64,000 bases of DNA from Octopus sinensis (lineage: Eukaryota). The DNA is taken from positions 20,460,001 to 20,524,000 of the forward strand of contig NC_043013.1 in NCBI RefSeq assembly GCF_006345805.1, in the 5' to 3' direction. Of the stretch, positions 54,055 through 64,000 are shown piece after piece (the first letter of the stretch is position 1; every line of letters begins with the position of its first letter). The notes under the pieces are model-generated. The model searched no databases, was not told where the DNA came from, and saw nothing but the letters and a program-made list of their open reading frames with translations. A program made the position numbers and the translations under genes.

Positions 54055-54440
54055 CATACATACATGAATGCATGCATGCATACATACATACATACATACA
54101 TACATACATACATGCATACATACATACATACCTACATACACACACACATACATACATACATTCATACATACATACATACATACATCATACATGCATACAT
54201 ACATACATAATACATACATATACATACATACACACACATACATACATACATTCATAACATACATACATACATACTACATACATACATTCATACATCATAC
54301 ATACATACATACATACACATATTACATACATACATGCATACATACATACATAATACATTACACACACATACATACATACATACATACATACATACATACA
54401 TACATACATACATACATACATACATACATACATACATACG
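53915..54440. repeat. (CATA)n microsatellite; other large TA/TATG tracts at 25640-25912, 44945-45335, 48235-48640, 49320-49925
   Basis: Direct reading. Confidence 0.95.
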
Positions 54441-54611
54441 TACATGTCCTTTTACAGAATACAATATGGCCAGATGTTTCGACTTCAGCTTCATCAGTAA
54501 AAGTTATAACATTTGGACCATGTCGTAGAAAGCAATAAACATAAAATATACTGACTCTCTTTGTATGATCCAGTTCTTTTTCAATTTGATTACTATGCTC
54601 ACCTGACTGAA

Positions 54612-54695
<84 letters not shown>

Positions 54696-54738
54696 GTCTG
54701 TCTATCTATCTGTCTGTATGTCTGTCTGTCTATCTATC

Positions 54739-54799
<61 letters not shown>

Positions 54800-54821
54800 T
54801 ATATAAATGTCTATCTATCTC

Positions 54822-54987
54822 TGTGATACACGATCCCTATTGATCGTTTCTTTTTCTTTTTTTCTTTCCCTTTTACGATCCCTTTTGATCGAAAACCTAC
54901 CCCACTTTTTTTTCTCCCCCAAAAGAAAAGCCCTACTTTGTAATCTGTCCCGTGTGTGCGCAGCCCTGTGTGACTAATAGAGAAACA

Positions 54988-54990
<3 letters not shown>
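54822..54990 (+). mobile_element. Isolated Tx1-type 3'UTR fragment in (TCTA)n
   Basis: Pyrimidine-rich UTR ending TGTCCCGTGTGTGCGCAGCCCTGTGTGACTAATAGAGAAAC, similar to the tail at 40968-41012 (-). Confidence 0.6.
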
Positions 54991-55086
<96 letters not shown>

Positions 55087-55965
55087 GTATCTATCTATTT
55101 GCCCGTGTGTCTGTTTGTGTGTCTGTCCACATGACTGTCTGCATCTCTGTCTCTATGTAGACATACGACCATAACTATTGTTGTAATTTCGCTGTTTTCT
55201 ATATTTAAATATAATATATAAAACATCTCTGTGTATTTGTCTTTGACGAGGCTTCTATGCGTATGTTTTTTCTGTTTGCGTATTTATGCGTATGCGCGCG
55301 TGTACGCGTGGTGTGTGTATGTCTGTCTGGACTATTGCGTCTGTGCGCTTGCGCATATGTAAGAACATGTACCGACGAAGCACTTATCGGCAAAACACTG
55401 TGTAAACACTATATATTTCAATCATCAATTTCTGCCTGCTAAGCTGTTGACATTTGCCTGTTCTCTCTGTGTCGTTGTCAGGTGTTCATATGAATGTGTC
55501 TACAATAAATCACAGCAGCCGATAAATGTACTAAGATGTATTGATATAATAGAATTAACTTCGCTCACCATGACATTTGATATAGCTACATATCCACAGC
55601 ATGGCATTTGATATCGCTAGCTATCCACTACCCGTCATGAATATTTAATATGAAAATCAATATACTACGCAGGATTCAATATCCTCAAATGATTCGCCAC
55701 CATCACACGGTATTCTCGCTATTCCTGCTTAAATTTTTTCTATTTGCTGATTCTGCTATCTACATCATATATATATACACTTATAATAGAGACTCTTAAT
55801 AATACCAGTCCTATTGCAAGGTACCTCGGGCTAGCAAGTGCCTTATACTATAGACCTAGGGAGACGAAGCCTTTTGAATGTATTTTGGTTGACAAAAGCT
55901 GAATGGAGCTCGTCGTATATATATATATATATATATATATAATTATATATATATATATATATATA

Positions 55966-56150
55966 TTGTTGGAAAAAAAGACGAAGACAGGTGTATGAAC
56001 AACAAGCAAGTGTATTAGTTTGACGCTCGGGAAAATGGAAAAGTCGTTTACGTTTCGAGCCCACGCTCTTCAACAGAAAGGAATAAGAGAAAATAAACAG
56101 AGAGAGAATGAAAAAGCTTGTATATTTCTGTGGTCCAGCATGGCGAATGC
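55966..56150 (-). mobile_element. HHR-like mini-element next to (TA)n
   Basis: Minus strand CCUUU-CUGUUGA-A-GAGC-GUGG-GCUC-GAAA-CG-UA-AA at ~56047-56081. Confidence 0.75.
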
Positions 56151-56539
56151 ATAATGGTGGTTGTCTACTCCTTAAGCAAAGTTTGACCACCTCTTGTACG
56201 TACATCTTAGATCTATGATGGCGTCTGATGTGGCTTTTTAAGCATCACAATGTTTTAAAAAGACACCCACATAAATTGCATATCTGCTTCGGACCACCAA
56301 TAACTACAGTTAAATTCTGGTCAATGTTGGTCTTAAAATGTATTTTGTGGCCTCCGTAATATTTGCAAATCTTATGATACACATAGCATTGACAGGTATG
56401 CATAAATAGATAGGCAGAACAGTTGGTGGAGGTTCGATTTTCATTGGGTCAGCAGATAAGATTTGAGCCCAGCAAAAGAAAGGCATGGTCCGTCCCACAT
56501 TGTGCACACAAAAAGATGGCTGGAATTTATTTTCACGTT

Positions 56540-58010
56540 GATCGTAGCATTTTTCTTTAAAGTCATTTTTAGTTTTGCTGGATGATCCTCGTTTCTTCAA
56601 AAGCTTTCACTCCACGCCACACTTTTGTTCAGCATCCAACTCGATCTGTAACAAGTGTTTCTATCGCCTTTGGATCCATTCCAAGTGACTTCATGTTAGT
56701 CCTTAAACAGCCCTTAAACCTCTTTTTAGGTTTACACTGATCGTCTTTCCCTTCTGCAAGCTCTCCATAAAGCAACAGTTGGTGTGTGCGTTCATCCAGC
56801 ATTCGAACAACGTCTCCAGATCATCTCATTTGATTATTCAAAATCGTTGATTTAAGTGATGTGATGCCTACAGATGCAAAGACATCTGTGTCTGAAGCAA
56901 AAAAGTCCCATTTAATGTTTAAAAAGGGGCGAAGGCATTTTTAGCAAAACCATTCTAACAATTTGAGATGTTTTTCGTAGCTGGTCCATGTTTCAGAGGA
57001 ATACAACGATTTTGTGTTGTTATTTATATGTTGCTGGCGCCAAATGCGTGGCTCCAAACCACAAAATACTGTGGCTGCCCTTTGAATTCGCAGATGTCCA
57101 AATTTCCATAATTTTGTACAGAGCTTCCGAGGTAGATGAAAGAGTCAGGTGGCTTACCCTTAACGAAAATTTTAGGGAAGAGGTTGAAAAAGCACCACAT
57201 ACAGGTTGATACATCACAACTGTTTTTCAAGCTGATAGTCAGGCCCAAATCATCACAAACTAAGTCAAATCCAGGTACAAGAGATCGCAGGCCTGTTTCA
57301 GGGTGACTGACTCGATCGCAGTCGTCAAGATTTAGAAAGAATTATGTTGCATAAATTTTGCTTCTCTAAATACAGATCACGGATTTCTGGGGCTTTGTCT
57401 GAAAACCAGTTACTAGTCAGGCTGAAGAACTTGCAACCTGAAATAATTTTGTCTTGAAATTTTCCCATAGATTATTTGAATCAAGAATGATAGCACGATG
57501 GAAGCTCTGCAAATTGCTTGGTACTTTGAAATTTGCAAAATTTAGCTTTTTGGGTTCCTGGGGAGCAGACTTTTAAACATCTTCGAAATATTCATTTTTC
57601 CACGCACAAAGACGAGCTTTCTGCTCTTCTCATGATTCGAACACTACAAAAATCTTTCATACCACGCTTTCTGATCAAAATATAGCCTATGAGAGGCTAG
57701 CTCTTAGATCTTGGGTGCATCCAGATGGTTTTATATTTACATTTCTGCTTAAACAAAGCGTTGGTAACAACCAGATTATTTTCAGTACAAAACATCAAAA
57801 GAGATATTCAATTTTAATTACATTTTCCAATCCCATGTCAGTCATTTCCAAACTTTGCGTTGAAATTTAATACGACCAGTTTGTCAGAAATTAGTACTTT
57901 CCTCAATAATTGCGCTAGACCATCATGCAACTGCCCAGCTATTTCATCAGAATGAGACAATGTTGGTGCATATTTTTTAAACTATAAGTGTCATATTTGT
58001 ATCACCTTTT
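56540..58010 (-). mobile_element. RTE (BovB-like) LINE remnant, internally deleted
   Basis: APE motifs YAPT, NFNAK, LVVTNALF, WMHPRSK; then LDDC, LGLTISLK, FIYLGS, LYSSETWT, QLLYGEL, PKKRFK. Confidence 0.85.
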
Positions 58011-59044
58011 AATAGATTTTTCTACAATCTTCTTCACCGTTTAAAATGAACGGAATGAAACATTGGAAATGTAGTCCCTAATTGACAAAAAAAAAAAGGA
58101 AAACATCTTTGACCCATGGGCTCATTTAATCACGTTTGATTTTGGGCTAAACTACATGTAAACTTACTTGCAAGACTTTTAACCAGTATTTACATGAAAT
58201 GTTATCACATCTTTATTTTAAAGCCCATGTAATGCTGTTAGGTAGGAAACTAATTTATCTTACGAGGCAGAAATTAACAACTTTCTGACACGTTATTAAA
58301 GGATAAAGCTTATACTCAACACAGAAATTCCCGTGGAAACCTTTGCTGTTTGCAATCTGCGGAAGTTGTGCTACACTTTACGCAGTCGCTCTTTATCACA
58401 TGCAGCATCGAAGCAGTCTGGAAGTATTTTTGAATCTTGTTTTCGAAATAACGTCACAAAACTCGTTGACAGATGAATAAAGGCTCAAATGCTACAATGA
58501 TTAATTCTATAATAAATCAGAGTCTATGCATTTGCCCAAGAATTGGATATTGTGATCATATTTCTAAATAGTTTCATTCCATAAAAAATTTAACGAAATT
58601 AAATTCTTTTAGCTCACTGTGTCGTGTATCAAGCAATTTACGGCTGTCTTGTGTATTTCTCTTGTTACATCCCAATTTCTGATATTAATTACTGCGATTA
58701 TAAACTTTATATGTATTTACACCTCCACAAATGTATAAACAAATGTATCATCCCACACCAACAAGTATGATGAAGGTTATACTTTACTGATGAAAGCTCA
58801 ATAAAGCAAGAACATATTCAGATTTGTTTCCCGTACTTGGTTTCATTGGACGACTAAGTAATATAGTAGCGTGTTATGGTTTCTCAACAGATAATGAGTG
58901 ATAGACTTAATCCGTTATCCAGTTTATCACTAATACTCGGCCATCGAGAGTAAATATTCGAACCAAACTCCCTCCTTTTCTGTCACCAGTCAAAGAATTT
59001 TGCAGAGGGTTAAGGGGTGCTGAACTCCTTCCGGGCATTAATTC

Positions 59045-59144
59045 NNNNNNNNNNNNNNNNNNNNNNNNNNNNNNNNNNNNNNNNNNNNNNNNNNNNNNNN
59101 NNNNNNNNNNNNNNNNNNNNNNNNNNNNNNNNNNNNNNNNNNNN
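59045..59144. other. Assembly gap (100 N)
   Basis: Run of N. Confidence 1.
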
Positions 59145-59265
59145 CTAAGTGTCTTCGACTGTAGCTCGAGCCGACCAATACGTTATCAGTGGATTTAGTA
59201 GACAGAAACTGTGAACCTTAATCAAGACATAATGTAAACATTACCCAAGTGAATACATGCATATA

Positions 59266-59650
59266 TCTCTTCTCATATATATAAACGGCAGTTTGTCTGT
59301 GTGTGTTTCTGTGTGTCTGTTTGGTTGTACCCTCACCCTGACCACGGCTTTCAACCGATTCTGATGAAACTTGACACACACATAGCCCAATGTCATAATT
59401 CAAAACTAACGCAGCGAAAATTTTGAAAAGTTCCCCCAGTTCTGAAAAAAATCGATAAATTCGACATGGGGTCGAGAATCAGAAACCCAAACCACAGACC
59501 GTCTAGGGGACGCAACTCCACCTTTTTTAACACTCAAAAAAAATTTACCATCATTTTTTTCCTTTTTTTGCTATTTTTGGGCTATAACTCTCTAAAAATG
59601 CTTTATAGTTATTTCCCTTACAAACCTGAGCAACGCCGGGCGATCTGCTA

Positions 59651-59651
<1 letters not shown>
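59266..59651 (+). mobile_element. Non-autonomous Helitron, second copy
   Basis: A^TC...CTAG^T; high identity to 14592-14957. Confidence 0.85.
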
Positions 59652-59688
<37 letters not shown>

Positions 59689-59750
59689 TATATATATATA
59701 TATATATAGTATATATCTATATATATTATATATATATATATATGTGTGTG

Positions 59751-59784
<34 letters not shown>

Positions 59785-59842
59785 CATACACATACATACA
59801 TACACACATACACACATACATACATTCACACCAAATATATAA

Positions 59843-60040
59843 TTTTACTTTTATTCGTTTCAGTCATTTGACTGCGGCCATGCTGGAGCACCACCTTTAG
59901 TTGAATCCCAGGACTTGTTATTTGTAAGCCTAGTACTTATTCTATCGGTCTCTTTTGCCGAACCGCTAAGTTGCGGGGAACTAGACACACCAGCATCGGT
60001 TGTCAAGCGATGTTGGGGGGACAAGCGCAGATACACAACA

Positions 60041-60094
<54 letters not shown>

Positions 60095-60253
60095 AGACGG
60101 GCTTCTTTCAGTTTCCGTCTACTAAATTCACTCACAAGGTTTTGGTAGACCTGAAGGTATAGTAGAAGACACTTGCCAAAGGTACCACGCAGTGGGATTG
60201 AACCCAGAACCATGTGGTTGGTAAGCAAGCTACTAACTACACAGCCACACCTA
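59843..60253 (-). mobile_element. SINE family A, full length
   Basis: Homology to 3887-4304. Confidence 0.9.
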
Positions 60254-60409
60254 TGTTTATGTTCCCGTAAAGAAACCGATAAAATAAGTACAAGGCTTAC
60301 AAAGAATAAGTCCTAGGGTCGATTTCTTTGACTATAACCCTTTAAGGCGTGTTTCAGCAAGACCGCAGTGAAACAAGTGAAAGGATATAAGAATTATATA
60401 TATATAATA

Positions 60410-60585
60410 TATTCAAAATTTGACCGCGTGTGTATCGTTGGATCTTTCCTATGTTTCTGACGAAGAGCTCCGCTCGAAACGTTAAATCCTCCTTCTTTCC
60501 TGAGCGTACAATAATACTATACTTGTTCCATGTCCTCGTGTTGTTGTTTTTTTCTCTTTGTGCTTTCATGTTTGGATAATTTTAT
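60410..60585 (+). mobile_element. Mini-element with hammerhead core, between TA and CT/TA repeats
   Basis: GUUU-CUGACGA-A-GAGC-UCC-GCUC-GAAA-CG-UU-AAAU at 60453-60487. Confidence 0.75.
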
Positions 60586-60653
60586 ATCTCTCTTTCTCTT
60601 TCTCTCCTCTCTCTCTCTCTCTCTCTATCTATCTATATATATATGTATGTATA

Positions 60654-60863
60654 AGGCGAGTTGGTAGAAACGTTAGCGCGCCAGGCGAAATGCTTAACGG
60701 TATTTCGTCTGTTAAAATTCCGCCGAGGTCGACTTTGCCTTTCATCCTTTCTGGGTCGATATAAAGTACCAGTTTCGCACTGGGGGTCGATGTAATCAAC
60801 TTTATCCCTTTGTCTGTCCTTGTCTGTCCCCTCTATGTTTATCCCCTTGTGGGTAGTAAATAA

Positions 60864-60866
<3 letters not shown>
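60654..60866 (+). mobile_element. SINE family B with Tx1-type tail
   Basis: Tail TGTCCCCTCTATGTTTATCCCCTTGTGGGTAGTAAATAAAT. Confidence 0.9.
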
Positions 60867-60928
<62 letters not shown>

Positions 60929-61840
60929 GTTTAAATATTTGTTGTGCAAGATTTTTTACGTGAAGTCGTGTGTTGAAACAGATATTGTTATATTTCGGAA
61001 TGGTCATATTGCCAGTTTAGCCAATAAAAAACACACGCACTATATATTTGGTGTTATTTTGCTTCAGTGATATTTATTTTTTACATTAATCTTAATCTTA
61101 TTTCGGCAAAGTTCTTTCGTCACACTCCTGTGACCGCATCAGTGGTCCTTTGTTTTCTTCTCACTTACTTGTGTCTCTCCTTACTAACCGTCAGCCATTT
61201 TGTATTTCTATTGTATGTCTTCATTTGCGCATGCTTATATCTCTATGTGCGTCTATGTTTATTTAGTGTGTGTGTGGGGGATGCCTGTAATATTTGTATC
61301 TTCTGGTTATATACATTCTTGTAATTTGTATTTTGTTTTTATTGTTGTTGCTTTTGTTCGATTAGATTTATTATTATTATTACTAATATTGTTGTTATAC
61401 ATACATACAATCATATGTAATGATAATAATGGGTGGATGTAAACACATGAACAAAATTAGAACAAAAGCAACAACAACAAAAACAAAATACAAATTACAA
61501 GAATGTATATAACCAGAAGATACAAATATTACAGGCATCCCCCCCACACACACACTAAATAAACATAGACGCACATAGAGATATAAGCATGCGTAAATGA
61601 AGACATACAATAGAAATACAAAATGGCTGACGGTTAGTAAGGAGAGACACAAGTAAGTGAGAAGAAAACAAAGGACCACTGATGCGGTCACAGGAGTGTG
61701 ACGAAAGAACTTTGGCCGAAATAAGATTAAGATTAATGTAAAAAATAAATATCACTGAAGCAAAATAACACCAAAATATATAGTGCGTGTGTTTTTATTG
61801 GCCTAAACTGGCAATATGACCATTCCGAATATAACAATAT
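60929..61840. mobile_element. Large fold-back element with one-sided tail in (TA)n (Penelope-type inverted structure)
   Basis: ~380-bp near-identical arms 60982-61359 / 61460-61840; tail 60929-60981; HHR-like motif in each arm. Confidence 0.88.
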
Positions 61841-61868
61841 ATATATATATATATTATATATATATATA

Positions 61869-61938
<70 letters not shown>

Positions 61939-62219
61939 GTATGTGTGTGTAATAAGTGTGTGTATAGGTATCTACATAGTGCTCGGATAGTGAGGTCATT
62001 AACAATGAGAAAGAACGTTGCGGTGCTAGTATTGGGGAAGAAATATTAGTGGGCTTAATTCATATAATTTTATCGAATACAAAACTCAGAGTACGTGAAA
62101 ATGAAATTAAGAGTCATATCTTGACAGTTGTTTCCGAGCATCATGGCTTTCGCCGTAACCACGTTCATCCATAATAAATAAATACCTATGATGCTGTAGG
62201 TGTGCACAATAACATGAAT

Positions 62220-62900
62220 TCCAATGGATTTGTTAGACGAAGCCAGATCAACTCATCAAATGAACATAGCAAACGTGTGTTTCATAGCAGTTTTGAGAGA
62301 TATGGAGTTTTATAGAGAATGGAGTTTGAGTAAGTAAGAAACGTTTTCGAGGAAAGAGAAGGATTAGCGGGACGATTTGGAGGATTAGAGGGAAAATAGT
62401 GGAATGAAGATATCAGTTAATGAGAAACAGACAGAGGATGGATAATCGCTTCTGTAATAGCGAGTCAGTTACGTGATGATCTGGGAAGACTTTATTAATG
62501 AACGTCAATAGCGAGATATGCCGTTTCAAATGGAAAACATATACAAGTCAATGGAGTAGCAGGGGAAGTATGGCGCATTAGTAAGAAAGGAGAAGGAGGG
62601 TCGTGTGTTGGAGAATTATAATTAGTAACGAGGAGTAAAAATTAAAAAAGGTTTGAGATAAAAGAAAGATTTGCAGAACTTATGACGACTCGTTAAAATT
62701 CCCTCAGAAGAGTGATTAAGTAGAAAGATTTCGCTCTTGTGCAATATAGTGAGTGACCTGCGGTAGAATAATTGGAAAATGCGCCTGTCTCCTGAGAACA
62801 TTATGCAGAATATAATGCGAGCATTACCAAACCGTATTTTGATAAAGTGGATTCTTTGGAAGTGTTATGAGTCAGTGGATGTTGTCCGCTCGGCTTAACA
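62220..62900 (+). pseudogene. Very decayed CR1-like RT remnant
   Basis: Traces GFVRRS and IRGKIVE*RYQLMRNRQR resembling CR1 HGF..GRS / GI.G..L.WI..FL..R.Q. Confidence 0.35.
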
Positions 62901-63269
62901 CAGCCTTAAGCAATTACCATCATGCGTAATGTTACAGTGGAGAAGGCAAGCCACTGGATACGGTGAGCAATGAGTGCAAGAATATTAAGAATATTGAGTT
63001 AAGGTTAATAGTCAGTTTATCTAGAAAATGAGCCTCATCCCAGTGAAGCGGGTGGTGCACAGTAATGATATAGAGTGGAATGGTGCATATGCTTTCCCGA
63101 TGAACTCATTCGTCTGCGAGTGTCCAATATGAGGAGCTTTCAACTGTTATCTGTAAGTTGTTTGCAAATAATACACAAACACACACTCACACACACATAC
63201 ACACACATACACTCACACACACACACTCACACACACACACTCACACACACACACACACATATATATATA

Positions 63270-63455
63270 GTTGAAATTTACAGAAAAACGAAAGACGATG
63301 ACAGGTGTATAAAGAACAAGCAGATGTATTAGTTTGACGCTCGGGAAGGTGAGAAAGTTTTTAAAGTTTCGAGCCTACGCTCTTCAACAGAAAGGAACAC
63401 GAGGAAATAAACAAAACGAGAATGAATAAAACTTGTGGGTATCGTTGCTATGCAA
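63270..63455 (-). mobile_element. HHR-like mini-element next to CA/TA repeat; related fragment at 63629-63740
   Basis: Minus strand CCUUU-CUGUUGA-A-GAGC-GUAG-GCUC-GAAA-CU-UU-AAAA at ~63359-63395. Confidence 0.75.
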
Positions 63456-64000
63456 AAGTGTCCTAAGTCCAAAACATAAATTTTCCAGAAAACGAAAAAA
63501 TAGTCACCATTCCATAGCAAAACCGTTGTACTACATTTTGACAAATTTTGATACCTTGGAATCTGCAATTGGCCAAATTTGGACATACGACAGTTCAACA
63601 TAATAGCAACGGTATATATATATATATAGTTAATAAAAAAACGAAGAAAAACACAAGAAAAAACAACATGCGGACATCTTGCATGCAAAGTTTTAACAGA
63701 CGTTCAGGGAAGAAAAAAAAGATAGATTAACGTTTCGATAAAGGTCCCTCTCTCTATATATACACAGAAGTATGTACACGCCTAAAAAACATTCAGTAAA
63801 ATTGCCATTACTCTGATAATAACGAAGAAAGTCAAACGAAATTTATACTGAATAAAATATATTATACGTGCATATTTTATACAAATTTAGAACACAAAAC
63901 AATAAACATTTTGAAAGATATAAACGTAATACTTTCAAACGATACAAAAATACGTAAACCCTAACGGATTATTTCCTCTAGTCAATATCTGGTGTGATTG

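Noticed and set aside
54470-54503. Minus-strand CTGATGAAGCTGAAGTCGAAACATC
   Set aside because: Core words present but stem I does not pair and stem II is weak
5721-54806. Dozens of ORFs rich in YI/HT/CV/LSIY repeats
   Set aside because: Translations of TA, CA, TATG and GATA microsatellites, which lack stops; not genes

Overview
AT-rich, microsatellite-dense, gene-free eukaryotic DNA. The SINE families look like those I recall from octopus/coleoid cephalopods, which is an inference and not database-checked. I can support no intact host gene; nearly all supplied ORFs are translations of (TA)n/(CA)n/(GATA)n repeats. The window is a transposon mosaic: three or more tRNA-type SINE families with exchangeable tails; decayed LINEs (Tx1/L1-like, R4/Dong, RTE, CR1-like, I-like ORF1); an RT-less Penelope-like element; two non-autonomous Helitrons; two MITEs; a hAT remnant; a 68-bp minisatellite; a 1027-bp tandem duplication; and a 100-N gap. 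Two patterns stand out. (1) Short non-coding elements, mostly lodged in (TA)n tracts, carry hammerhead-ribozyme cores (one fully canonical, others with variant cores), and three are fold-backs with a shared one-sided tail. (2) A Tx1-like LINE 3' terminal stem-loop is shared by the LINE, an ORF1-only 'half-LINE' and a SINE subfamily, and the LINE and half-LINE sit in a deeply nested cluster at 38.5-42.3 kb. All alignments, folds and coordinates were done by eye.
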